Shown here in pieces: positions 28,179 to 42,998 of a stretch of DNA of 64,000 nt. Source of the DNA: Eledone cirrhosa (taxonomy: Eukaryota). Position numbers and translations under genes: made by a program. The notes under the pieces were generated by a model. That model had not been told where the DNA came from. It saw only the letters and a list, made by a program, of their open reading frames with translations, and did not search any database. Positions within the stretch are counted from its first letter, which is position 1, and each line of letters opens with the position of its first letter. The DNA is taken from assembly GCA_964016885.1 (NCBI GenBank), contig CAXHJY010000517.1, positions 145,563 through 209,562 of the forward strand, written 5' to 3'.

Positions 28179-28238
<60 letters not shown>

Positions 28239-28378
28239 ATATATATTGTGTTGTTATTTCTGTTTATATGTTACATACATATATATATATACATACACGC
28301 ACACATATAAATAAGTATATATATATATATATTATATATATATATATGTATATATATATATTAATATATATATATATA

Positions 28379-28412
<34 letters not shown>

Positions 28413-28426
28413 TATATATATATATA

Positions 28427-28460
<34 letters not shown>

Positions 28461-28478
28461 TATATATATATATATATA

Positions 28479-28604
<126 letters not shown>

Positions 28605-28746
28605 ATATATATATATATATACTTATTTATATGTGTGCGTGTATATATATATATATGTATGTAACATGTAAACAGAAATAACAACACAATCGGTACACTA
28701 TATGGAAGGTATATATTAGTTTAACGCTTGATATAGCAGGAAGAGG

Positions 28747-28784
28747 GTTTTAACGTTTCGGAGGCTAGTCCTTCATCAGAAGAA
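28747..28784 (-). ncRNA. Minimal hammerhead-like motif
   Basis: Minus strand: tt-CTGATGA-a-gga(ctagcc)tcc-GAAA-cgt-TA-aa; palindromic AACGTT in the stem III position; stem I weak. Confidence 0.55.
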
Positions 28785-28953
28785 AGAATGAGAAATAAAG
28801 TAGATTGAGGGAGGCCTCGATAAGGGTTGTGTATATATATATATATAAGTATATATAAACATGTTGAGCATATATTTATCAGTATTTATATTATTAATAA
28901 ACACACATTAAGCCTAGTTATGCAAACAGGATGTGTTGTTGAATAAAAGGAAT

Positions 28954-29034
<81 letters not shown>

Positions 29035-29371
29035 CTCTCTCTCTCTGCAGAGCGAAGCGAAGAACAACATAATTAGTTTCACCTGGTTATTGCCACCTCA
29101 TCAGGAATGTCTACTTCGTGTATAACGTCTACTTCGTGTATAATGTCTACTTCGTGTATAAAGATACACAGAGTGACAGTAGTTTACAACTTACTCATGA
29201 CAGTTACTATGATTAACGATAACCAAAGTTAGCAAAGTTACTAGTTTAAATATCAGTAAATGCGATGACGGCTGTTTTTATTTAGCTGAAGTACAAAGGT
29301 TGCATGATTGTGTGACAGTCATTGATCCGTTGGATCAGAGTGATGTTTTGCTGAATAGCATCTTTGATTAT

Positions 29372-31290
29372 AGATGTACATAGTCAGAGCTGGTCTAGGG
29401 TTAAACATCTGTGATAGGTGTACATAGTTAGAGCTGGTCTAGGCCTAAATATCTACAGTAATAGATGTACATAGTTAGAGCTGGTCTAGGCCTAAATATC
29501 TACAGTAATAGATGTACATAGTTAGAGCTGGTCTAGGGCTAAATATCTACAGTAATAGATGTACATAGTTAGAGCTGGTCTAGAGCTAAATATCTACAGT
29601 AATAGATGTACATAGTTAGAGCTGGTCTAGAGCTAAATATCTACAGTAATAGATGTACATAGTTAGAGCTGGTCTCGGCCTAAATATCTACAGTAATAGA
29701 TGTACATAGTTAGAGCTGGTCTAGGGCTAAATATCTACAGTAATAGATGTACATAGTTAGAGCTGGTCTAGGGCTAAATATCTATAGTAATAGATGTACA
29801 TAGTTAGAGCTGGTCTAGGGCTAAATATCTACAGTAATAGATGTACATAGTTAGAGCTGGTCTAGGCCTAAATATCTACAGTAATAGATGTACATAGTTA
29901 GAGCTGGTATAGGGCTAAATATCTACAGTAATAGATGTACATAGTTAGAGCTGGTCTCGGCCTAAATATCTACAGTAATAGATGTACATAGTTAGAGCTG
30001 GTCTAGGGCTAAATATCTACAGTAATAGATGTACATAGTTAGAGCTGGTCTAGGGCTAAATATCTACAGTAATAGATGTACATAGTTAGAGCTGGTCTAG
30101 GCCTAAATATCTACAGTAATAGATGTACATAGTTAGAGCTGGTCTAGGCCTAAATATCTACAGTAATAGATGTACATAGTTAGAGCTGGTCTAGGGCTAA
30201 ATATCTACAGTAATAGATGTACATAGTTAGAGCTGGTCTCGGCCTAAATATCTACAGTAATAGATGTACATAGTCAGAGCTGGTCTCGGCCTAAATATCT
30301 ACAGTAATAGATGTACATAGTTAGAGCTGGTCTAGAGCTAAATATCTACAGTAATAGATGTACATTGTTAGAACTGGTCTAGGCCTAAATATCTACAGTA
30401 ATAGATGTACATAGTTAGAGCTGGTCTCGGCCTAAATATCTACAGTAATAGATGTACATAGTTAGAGCTGGTCTCGGCCTAAATATCTACAGTAATAGAT
30501 GTACATAGTCAGAGCTGGTCTCGGCCTAAATATCTACAGTAATAGATATACATAGTTAGAGCTGGTCTCGGCCTAAATATCTACAGTAATAGATGTACAT
30601 AGTTAGAGCTGGTCTCGGCCTAAATATCTACAGTAATAGATGTACATAGTTAGAGCTGGTCTAGGGCTAAATATCTACAGTAATAGATGTACATAGTCAG
30701 AGCTGGTCTCGGCCTAAATATCTACAGTAATAGATGTACATAGTTAGAGCTGGTCTAGGGCTAAATATCTACAGTAATAGATGTACATAGTCAGGCTGGT
30801 CTAGGGCTAAATATCTACAGTAATAGATGTACATAGTTAGAGCTGGTCTAGGCCTAAATATCTACAGTAATAGATGTACATAGTTAGAGCTGGTCTAGGG
30901 CTAAATATCTACAGTAATAGATGTACATAGTCAGGCTGGTCTAGGGCTAAATATCTACAGTAATAGATGTACATAGTTAGAGCTGGTCTAGGCCTAAATA
31001 TCTACAGTAATAGATGTACATAGTTAGAGCTGGTCTAGGGCTAAATATCTACAGTAATAGATGTACATAGTCAGGCTGGTCTAGGGCTAAATATCTACAG
31101 TAATAGATGTACATAGTTAGAGCTGGTCTAGGCCTAAATATCTACAGTAATAGATGTACATAGTCAGAGCTGGTCTAGGGCTAAATATCTATAGTAATAG
31201 ATGTACATAGTTAGAGCTGGTCTAGAGCTAAACACCTATAATAATAGGTCTACATAGTCAGTGTTGGTCTAGAGCTAAACATCTATAACA
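29372..31290. repeat. 47-bp satellite, about 40 copies
   Basis: Unit atagatgtacatagttagagctggtctagggctaaatatctacagta (period 29461 to 29508), with 45/46-bp deletion variants. Confidence 0.97.
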
Positions 31291-31652
31291 ATAAGACACC
31301 GGTAGCAGTGGAGACTTTGGTGTACTTGGCCCTAGGACCACTTCCCTACTCACCACCATCGGCACAGAGTCGGCTAGCCATAGGTGTGAGCCACACGAGC
31401 TGCAATGGTTCTTCTAGTACCTCTCCCCCACCATCCTCCAGGGAAACGCTTTCTCTATTCTGTCCGCCGGCCAGCGCGTGGGCCCCCATTTTCTCATAAT
31501 AGTGAGAGATGGGCATAGCGTAAAAGACGGAGACATTGACAGTGGGAGTTTGGTTCCAGTGTTTGGACCTGGTGTATATATATTTATTTACCACAGTACA
31601 TTAACTAGTATATATGTTAAAGGTGAATTTATTGTTTATTATTTGTATATAG

Positions 31653-31837
31653 TGGCGGTGGATTGGCAGGATCGGTAGAGGGTCGGACGCCATGCTTTCC
31701 AGCATAGTTACGTCCCTTTACGATCTGAGTTCAAATCCCGCCGAGGTTGACTTTGCCTGTCATCCTTACGGGGTCGATAAAATAAAGTACCAGTAATGCA
31801 CTGATAATTGCTGGCCTTGTGCCTAAAGTAGAAACAA
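31653..31837 (+). mobile_element. SINE family A, full length
   Basis: Matches the 8131-8320 copy; TSD attatttgtatatag on both sides. Confidence 0.9.
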
Positions 31838-32329
31838 TTATTTGTATATAGAAACATACGACGGAACGTTTCACTGTATCTGTTCTGGTTTTGTGTGTTC
31901 TCAGTTTAAATACCTCCTCCTGTCACTGGAAAGCAGGGTAACGTGATAGAAATGGGGCTCCTATCATTAAATAACTCCCTAGACCTCCTATAGTAGGCTA
32001 CAACCTCTCAGAAGGCCGATTACACCAACATAACATAGTATATTACTGGTACATATTCTATGTTAAAAATCTTTATAATTATTCATTAGTTATTTATTGC
32101 TTTTGTTGTATAGAAATCGATATACAATATTGATTTCTAACATAAATACCATTGCAAAGTGATCAGTCGATTAAATTGACCTCAGTATTTCGATGGTACT
32201 TATTATATTCAGCAACGGCGGATGTAAAGCAAGATAAAATGTAGCAGGGTATGAACATAATAGGTTATCGGACGTACCAGAATACCACCAGATATTCCAG
32301 TTACGACCGTGTTTACTACACACCTTTAC

Positions 32330-33228
32330 CACCCTGACTACTATGTCCATTACACCACCCTTACATCCCTGTCCATTACACCACCCTTACATCCCTGTCC
32401 ACTACACCACCCTTACATCCCTGTCCACTACACCACCCTTACATCCTGTCCACTACACCACCCTTACATCCCTGTCCACTACACCACCCTTACATCCCTG
32501 TCCATTACACCACCCTTACATCCCTGTCCACTACACCACCCTTACATCCCTGTCCACTACACCACCCTTACATCCCTGTCCACTACACCACCCTTACATC
32601 CCTGTCCATTACACCACCCTTACATCCTGTCCACTACACCACCCTTACATCCCTGTCCACTACACCACCCTTACATCCCTGTCCACTACACCACCCTTAC
32701 ATCCCTGTCCACTACACCACCCTTACATCCCTGTCCACTACACCACCCTTACATCCTGTCCACTACACCACCCTTACATCCCTGTCCACTACACCACCCC
32801 TACATCCCTGTCCACTACACCACCCTTACATCCCTGTCCACTACACCACCCTTACATCCCTGTCCACTACACCACCCTTACAGCCATGTCCACTACACCA
32901 CCCTTATCACCCTTACAGCCATGTCCACTACACCACCCTTATCACCCTTACAGCCATGTCCACTACACCACCCTTATCACCCTTACAGCCATGTCCACTA
33001 CACCACCCTTATCACCCTTACAGCCATGTCCACTACACCACCCTTATCACCCTTACAGCCATGTCCACTACACCACCCTTATCACCCTTACAGCCATGTC
33101 CACTACACCACCCTTATCACCCTTACAGCCATGTCCACTACACCACCCTTATCACCCTTACAGCCATGTCCACTACACCACCCTTATCACCCTTACAGCC
33201 ATGTCCACTACACCACCCTTATCACCCT
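32330..33228. repeat. Minisatellite: 26-bp unit switching to a related 35-bp unit at about 32880
   Basis: tgtccactacaccacccttacatccc, then cagccatgtccactacaccacccttatcaccctta. Confidence 0.95.
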
Positions 33229-33604
33229 TTTAATCTAAATAAAATATTATAATCCCATTCTATTAATTAATCCTTTATTAAAGATTTTCAAACGAAGATA
33301 GATGGATAGAGAGAGGGGGAGGGGGAATAGTATGGGGAGAGGGAATGAGTGAGGGCGAAGAAGGGAGGGGGAATGAGTGAGAGTGAAGGAGTGAGGAGAA
33401 GAAGTAAGGGCGAAGAAGGAGGTAGAAAGGTTGTTAGCTGTGATTAAATAAGATTAAATTAGATTAAATATTTCTAATTCTCTAGTTTATAAATCCTCGG
33501 TTTAACCTTTCCATGGAGAGTTCGGGGCAGACAAATACAGAATTAAAACCTTTTTCTTTTGTTTTAATATATTTTGAAAAATACACGTTTTTATACAGAC
33601 ATAA

Positions 33605-34312
33605 TTATGTTATTGTTGTTAGTGGTGGCGGTGGTGATAGTGGTGGTGTTGGTGATGATAGTGGTGGTGTTGGTATTGTTGTTGTTGCTGACGGTGGTGG
33701 TGAGATGGTGGCCGTGGTGGTGGTATTGGTGGTGGTGGTCGTGTTGGCGGTGGCGGTGGTGGTGGCCGTGGTGGTCGTGGTGGTGGTGTTGGTGGTGATA
33801 GTGGTGTTGTTGGTATTGTTGTTGTTGCTGACGGTGGTGGTGAGGTGGTGAACGTGGTGGTGGTGGTGGTGGTGGTGGTGGTGATAGTGGTGTTGTTGGT
33901 ATTGTTGTTGTTGCTGACAGTGGTGGTGAGGTGGTGAACGTGGTGGTGATAGTGGTGTTGTTGGTGTTGTTGTTGTTGCTGATGGTGGTGGTGAGGTGGT
34001 GGCCGTGGTGGTGGTAGTGTTGGTGGTGATAGTGGTGGTGTTGGTATTGTTGTTGCTGACGGTGGTGGTGAGGTGGTGAACGTGGTGGTGGTGGTGGTGG
34101 TGGTGGTGATAGTGGTGGTGTTGGTATTGTTGTTGCTGACGGTGGTGGTGAGGTGGTGAACGTGGTGGTGGTGGTGGTGGTGGTGATAGTGGTGGTGTTG
34201 GTATTGTTGTTGCTGACGGTGGTGGTGAGGTGGTGGTGGTGGTGGTGGTGGTGGTCATCGTCGTCGTCGTAGTATTGTTGTTCTTGCTGGTGGTGGTGGT
34301 GGTGGTAGTGGT
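33605..34312. repeat. (GGT/GTT)-rich compound microsatellite
   Basis: Direct inspection; recurring block of about 60-85 bp ggtattgttgttgctgacggtggtggtgagg. Confidence 0.9.
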
Positions 34313-34649
34313 AGAGATAATATTTCAAGTGTATTAGTGTCCATAATAAACACCGTGTAGCAATCAATATAGATAAATCTGATCAGTCATGTTCAGCAAT
34401 CTGGTTTCGATTCCCAAGTAAAGCCATTTCAAATAAATCGAACCGTTAGTTCAATCCCTTCAACTCCCAACCCCACCCACGACCCTCACACAATTCAAAG
34501 ATTACTGACTATTGTGATGTTGTTGTCGTTGTTATTGATATTGTTGTTTAGGTAGAGGCCAATTACAATGGAGCAGACCTATATTGTAGCTGTAATCATC
34601 CCTACATTGGACTGTATACCATATACCATTGGACTTATATACCATATAA

Positions 34650-35060
34650 GAGCAGTGGATTGGCAGAATCGGTGGAGCGTCAGACACCATGCTTCTGGCA
34701 TAGTTACAGCCCTTTACGTACTGAGTTCAAATCTTAGCTTTACTTTTCATCCTTACGTATTGGGGTCGATTTAGTCAACTTACCGCCTCTCCCCAATTGC
34801 TGGCCTTGTACCTAAATCAGAAGCCATTATTATACCATATAAGGGTGGTCAATTGGCATAATCGGAAGAGCATCAGATGAAATAAACTGTAATATGTCGT
34901 AATGGCCTTTTACATTCTCCGTTCAAATCACGCCGAGATCAACTTTACCTTTCATCCTTTCAAGGTTGATAAAACAAAGCACCAATCAGGTAGAGGGTCA
35001 AGTAATCGACTTCATCCTCCCTCCATATCAATGGCCTTGTGCTTAAATCAGAAACCATTC
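34650..35060 (+). mobile_element. Two degenerate tandem SINE family A copies
   Basis: gtggattggcagaatcgg..gagttcaaat..tttcatcctt..ggccttgt..aaatcagaa occurs twice. Confidence 0.7.
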
Positions 35061-35788
35061 TTAGAAACCGTTCTTAGAAACTATTATTATACCAGACAAA
35101 CTATCTTCAACCTTCTTAACTTTGCTAATTATGTTGAACTTTAAACTGTTTTTTTTCTTCTTCGTTACTTCCATCTTCAACTAAATATCCACGTCGCGGC
35201 AGCATGGCCAAATAGTTAAACAGTTAATTTCGTAATGATTTGATCTCGGGTTTGGTTTCCACTGCCTGTCATCTTAAGAAAGTGTCATTTTCAGCAAGTG
35301 TCATCTTTACCACAAACTCGAGTCAACTCAAATTTTGTGAGTGAAATCGGGTAGACAGTAACTGTTTGGTAGCCTATCGGATGGATTGTACATCTAATTC
35401 AAAGAGTCAGCGTTGTCACTGTGTCACACCGTGTCACACTGATTCTCCTTGAAAATCACATTAATCAAACAACTGAAACGGATAGACATCTGTTCCATCC
35501 CAAACACACATATACGTATAGAAAACGCAAGAAAAGGTATATTCATACCTACGTTAGTCGCTAACCCATTAACTCCCTTTATAGGACTTCTTTTATTTCT
35601 GTTATTTCCGTTAACCATGTTGACAAGCTATGTAAAATTCTGCACCAAGAATTAATGTTCAACCTACAGCGAGACATGATTCAGTTGTTTCTGTGTCCTG
35701 GCGAAGGACTTTTAACTCGAAATTGAATCCTTCTCCATTTTCCTACAGCGCTGAATTATTTCTTGTGCATTCAAGGTAGCATTATATA

Positions 35789-35970
35789 TGGATTGGCAGT
35801 ATCGGTAGAGGGTCGAACACCATGCTTTCCAGCGTAGAGTTACGTCCCTTTACGGTCTGAGTTCAAATCCCGCTGAGGTTAACTTTGCCTTTCATCCTTA
35901 CGGGGGTCGATAAAATAAAGTACTAGTAATGTACTGGGATAATTTCTGGCCTTGTGCCAAAAGTAGAAAC

Positions 35971-35975
<5 letters not shown>
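35789..35975 (+). mobile_element. SINE family A
   Basis: High similarity to 8131-8320. Confidence 0.9.
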
Positions 35976-36012
<37 letters not shown>

Positions 36013-36295
36013 CGAGAAAATAACTGTATGTTTGGCAAAGTAACGTTTAAGCTCGATGCGAGTTTAGGTAGTCTGACGAAACATTTGTGGTTCAATTAAA
36101 TGTATAATTAACAGACTTGGTTCTTTTGTTTATATTTTTTTATAATGTGTATTTGTGTGTTGTACTATTTTGGTACATCTGAACGAAAACGCACGCGGAT
36201 TCCCCCACCCCCACCCCCTATATATATATATATATCTATAATAATAATTGTTTCTACTTTATCTTATAACTATCTATATAACTATCTATAGAAGA

Positions 36296-36487
36296 AATAA
36301 CTGTTTCTACTTTAGGCACAAGGCCAGCAATTACCCAGTGCATTACTGGTACTTTTATTTTATCGACCCCGTAAGGATGAAAGGCAAAGTCAACCTCGGC
36401 GGGATTTGAACTCAGATCGTAAAGGGACGTAACTAAGCTGGAAAGCATGGCGTCCGACTCTCTACCGATACTGCCAATACACCGCCC
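36296..36487 (-). mobile_element. SINE family A
   Basis: Reverse complement of the family sequence. Confidence 0.9.
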
Positions 36488-36633
36488 TTATATCTATAAT
36501 AATAATGATATTATTTATAGTTATGTATATACTATAAACAACTATAAACAGGAAAGGTCAGTAATTCATTACTACCTTATTACCAGTAAGAGAAATCGCT
36601 CAATGTAAGAACATCAGGTATTTTACAGAGCAG

Positions 36634-37421
36634 GAATATAAATTACACAATTATCAAAGTTATGTTCAAATCATTTAATTGCTGACAATCGTTTCTTCCA
36701 AACTTTCGTTTGAGATCATCGGAGCATTAGCAATGTTTGTACATATAATTAACCTCCTATTCAACTAAACAATCATATAGGATACAGTTATTGTTATCTT
36801 TTCCATTACATATGTTAAATTATATTTAAGTTAATGTTTATATAACATTCAATATAAACATTAACTAAAATATAATTAAACATATGTAATGGGAAAGATA
36901 ACAATAACTTTGATACTCTCAACACATACACATTTGAATACTACAGTAAGTATCATCACATTACATCCACCACAATTTTTAATACACTAACACATTTGCT
37001 TGGTATTTTATGTGATACCTTTGCCATATAGTATTTATTTATTTATTTATATATGCCTAATACCTTTGCTTGCCTACTTCTCATATATACGACTAACGCA
37101 TGTGCACTTTCTACACGCTTGCATATGTACTGCTAATGTCCTCATTCTTTCTCAATGCCTCTTTAATTATTAGACTATTCCCTTGTATTCCACTCTGTGC
37201 TTTTAATTTGAATTTGAATTTATGTCGCATCCATTACACCCTGTAAATACGAAACTGTTGTTCACAACATCAATATATATGTATATATATGATTGTTCAG
37301 TTGAATAGGAGGTTAATTATATGTAGAAACATTGCTAATGCTTCGATGATTCCAAACGAAAGTTTGGAAGAAACGATTGTCAGCAATTAAATGATTTGAA
37401 CATAACTTTGATAATTGTGTA

Positions 37422-37430
<9 letters not shown>
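36634..37430. mobile_element. Fold-back module with inverted arms of about 145 bp, each carrying a hammerhead-like motif (Penelope pseudo-LTR-like)
   Basis: 36634-36779 is the reverse complement of 37287-37430; inner hairpin at 36787-36909. Confidence 0.75.
37339..37385 (+). ncRNA. Hammerhead-like motif with core mutated; inverted partner at 36680-36726
   Basis: tgct-TCGATGA-ttccaaac(gaaa)gtttggaa-GAAA-cgattg-TC-agca; the partner has CCGATGA. Confidence 0.6.
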
Positions 37431-37492
<62 letters not shown>

Positions 37493-37522
37493 AATGTGTG
37501 TGTGTGTGTGTGTGTGTGTGTG

Positions 37523-37680
37523 ATTTCTACTGTAGGCACAAGGTCAGCAATTTGAGGCGAGGGAAAAGTCGATTAAATCGATCCCAGTGTATTACTGGTA
37601 CTTTATTTTATCGACCTTGTAAGGATGAAAGGCAAAGTTAACCTCGGCGGGATTTGAACTCAGACCGTAAAGGGCGATGG
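37523..37680 (-). mobile_element. SINE family A, partial
   Basis: Reverse complement of the family body. Confidence 0.85.
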
Positions 37681-37733
37681 ATTGGCAGTATTGGTACAGC
37701 GTCGCACACTTTGCTTTGCAGCATAGAGTTATG

Positions 37734-37806
<73 letters not shown>

Positions 37807-38461
37807 TCCCCGGTTCAATCGGGGGTAAAAACAGTGAGTAAAGTATTCCATACATTAGTAGAGTGTAAACATCATGTCTAATATAGAAATGGCTTTTACA
37901 GGACTAGAACCGTTTCATTCAAAAGAAATCACCAGGAAACCTTTCCTAATGATGACTGTATGTTTATTCCATCTATTAAAGAAGAAAGAGGGGAAAAAAT
38001 AATGTATCTTCGCACAAATGCTGTAAGCAGACGTGAGGTGTGTGTGTATGTGTGTGTGTATGTGTGTGTGTGTGTGCACGCGTTAGTAATTTTGTTTGAA
38101 TGATACACCAAATCAAACACGAAACAAAGTAAATAGTGATCATATTAGTGAGAAATGAATTTGCTGTCAACATGAAACCTGTGAAATGGAATGTAACATC
38201 GTGTTACCTTATTAAAGTTGACAACAGTCATGTAATTAGTTTGTATTGATTATCTGGAGTTAATCGAACTGACATGCAGGGAAATAAGTTATGAAGTCAT
38301 AAAGTCGGGCAAACAAAAACACCGCCCTACAAACACAAAGATGAGTATATATGTATGCATTCATAAGTATACAAATACGCCACACAGATATGTGTATGCA
38401 TATATATATTCTGTGTGTGTTTGTCTGTTTGTACGTTTATATATATATATATAATTATAAC

Positions 38462-38588
38462 TTTATTTAATCGACCTCGTAAGGATGAAAAGCAACGCTG
38501 GCCTCGATGGGATTTGAACTCAGACCGTAAAGGGACGTAACTAAGGTGGAAGGCATGGCGTCCAACCCTCTACCGATACTGCCAATTC
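38462..38588 (-). mobile_element. SINE family A, partial
   Basis: Reverse complement of the family 5' half. Confidence 0.8.
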
Positions 38589-38604
38589 AGCCTTAATAAT
38601 ATTG

Positions 38605-39259
<655 letters not shown>

Positions 39260-39322
39260 TAAGTGCCATACTAAGAGTGAGAAATGAAATTTCGTTTTCA
39301 TTTTTTTCAACTTATATATATA

Positions 39323-40489
<1,167 letters not shown>

Positions 40490-40496
40490 TATTATA

Positions 40497-40554
<58 letters not shown>

Positions 40555-40572
40555 ACAAGTTACGGTATTATT

Positions 40573-40762
40573 CGGTGGATTGTCAGTATCGGTAGAGGGT
40601 CGGACGCTAAGCTTTGACGTATAGAGTTACGGCCCTTGCAGTTCTAAGTTCGAATCCCGCCGAGGTTAACTTTGCCTTTCATCCTTACGGGGTCGATAAA
40701 ATAAAGTACCAGTAATACATTGGGATAATTGCTGGCCTTGTGCCAAAAGTAGAAACAATTAT
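40573..40762 (+). mobile_element. SINE family A
   Basis: High similarity to the other copies. Confidence 0.9.
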
Positions 40763-42269
40763 TATTGTACATACTAGTTTTGTCTCGTACATACTGACGT
40801 ACGTCTAGACACAGGAAGTTGCACGGCGTAATTAACATATGGTCACGTTTGGTAACAATTACGCGACTCTCTTAAGAACATGGATTTTCTGTCGTCCTAT
40901 TACGAAAAACCAGGTGTGTTAGATTATATTGGAGTTTATCAATATATGTCTTGGTAAAGATTATAGAAGCTCAATGCTAATCAGTATCCTTGATCAATCA
41001 GTAACCCAAAAGGCAGAATGATTTTTCAACCTCTGTAGATTACGTTATAGACTTTATGGCATAAACTGCAAAGCTCAAATTTAATAAATTAAAAGCAGGG
41101 CTGCTGAGTTCTTTAGGGACACGTCTTTTAATAGCTTTAACTTTCTTCTAACTTGTTCTGATTATCATTTCTTTTCAGATTAATGATGACAGACATCAAG
41201 CTAACTCAGCAAATGTAAAAGCACGCTGTAATCATTACCTTAAGAACAGAGCATTGTGATTTATAGATTGCTCGCTTCCTGAAAGTTGCATGGTTGTTTG
41301 TTGTCAAAGTCCACTGACGGGCATTCTACAGCAGTAATAAAACTTTAGAATAGATCCTGACCAGAACTGAACTCCCGACTAGGAACTCCACTGTCTCTAT
41401 TACCCACTACTAGGCCCTGTTATAATAACAAAGTTTCTGTTTGAATAGACATAAAATTGATGTCAGTTGACGTCAGCAGTGAACCGCAGTTATATTATAA
41501 ACATAAAACATTCGGTCATGGGTGATCGAAAATTCAAGACGAAAATTAATTTACCATTAGGTTGTACACACCCAGACACACCGAACTTGCTAAACCTGTT
41601 TGGAAAAATCTATTTGCAGTGTTTATCAAAAGGTGTTGATAAAAACTCACAGTGAAATGTTTATTTATTTGTAAGAGATTTGACTACAATCCTTTGGAAG
41701 TGCAAAAATCTAACCACATCTTTTCTTTATATAGCCAGGTTATTTCAAAGTTTTAATGGTTTTTGTGCTCAAAACTCTTATATGAACATTTATTTTCTGC
41801 GGTGTCACAAATAAATACATACTAAATTTTACAGCTGAACTAATATTGTTGTATTTTCACAAAAGATTTAGGCATGTTGTTTCTTAAGTAAAGTGCATTT
41901 AAAGTAAATAACCAATGAAGCACGTGACCTATAAAGCCTATAAGGAGCCTATAAAGCAAGAAACATATTAGAGCAACGAGTCTATGAAAATGAAATCCTC
42001 TGAAGCAACTAGTATTTGAATCATATATAATATTAATGCATTCTCTTCTGGTGAAATCTGTGATTGCAGATATATTGTCGCAACGTGTGCATGGGTGTAG
42101 CAATATGGGAGTAGCAACTAGCTAAGATCTAATCAATGTAAACTGCCTTCATAGTTGACAGTAGTAGCTGACATAGTTCATGTCTTCACAAAATTAGCAC
42201 TAAGAACCCTACTGAAAAAGTTTCCATCTTTTGTCGGAATTGACCAACTGGCTACGTAACATTTAACTA

Positions 42270-42408
42270 ATCTGTCGAGGTCAGTGCTCAAGTGTTACCC
42301 ACATCTGTCGAGGTCAATTCTCAGGTAATACCCACATCTGTCGAGGTCAGTGCTCTGGTAATACCCACATCTGTCGAGGTCAACTCTCAGGGGTTACCCA
42401 CATCTGTA
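42270..42408. repeat. 33-bp minisatellite, about 4 copies
   Basis: Tandem atctgtcgaggtca.t.ctc.ggt..tacccac. Confidence 0.85.
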
Positions 42409-42464
42409 CACAAGTGGCTACTCTCTCTCTCTTTCTCTCTCTCGCACACACAGACACACACACA

Positions 42465-42510
<46 letters not shown>

Positions 42511-42665
42511 CTCTCTCTATCTTTCTCTCTCTCTCCCTCTCCCTCTTTCTCTCTCTCTTTCCCCCCTCTCTCTCTCTCTCCTTCTTTCTTCGGTTTTATT
42601 TTTCATTTCTGCCGAGTAGGAATCTACTGAGTAACCCAGTAATTTTCAAGGTTCTACATAATATA

Positions 42666-42766
42666 CAGGGTGTCCCCAAAACGTGAGCACACACTTCAAC
42701 AGCATTCTAATAAATATTGCCTGTACAGGTAAGCAAAGTATGTATACATTTTGTGGGGACACCCTG
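42666..42766. mobile_element. Tc1/mariner-type MITE (about 100 bp)
   Basis: TIRs CAGGGTGTCCCCA / TGGGGACACCCTG flanked by TA on both sides. Confidence 0.8.
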
Positions 42767-42782
42767 TATATTAGTATTACCA

Positions 42783-42998
42783 GGGCGGTGGATTAGCAGT
42801 ATCGGTAGATCGTCAGACACAATGCTTTGCAGAATAGAGTTATGGCCATTTACGTTTGAGTTCTAATGCCACCGAGGTTAGCTTTGCCTTTCATCCTTAC
42901 AGGGTCGATGAAATAAAGCACCAGTAATACACTGGGGTCGATTTAATTGACATTCCCCTCCTCTTCAAATTACTGGCCTTGTGCCTAAAGTAGAAACA
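42783..42998 (+). mobile_element. SINE family A, longer variant
   Basis: Family motifs plus an extra ggggtcgatttaattgac...ccctc segment. Confidence 0.85.

Noticed and set aside
29372-31290. Possible CRISPR array
   Set aside because: Units are contiguous with no unique spacers, no cas genes, eukaryotic context
32309-33252. ORFs of about 300 aa rich in His/Pro/Thr
   Set aside because: Open in all three frames simply because the minisatellite lacks stop codons
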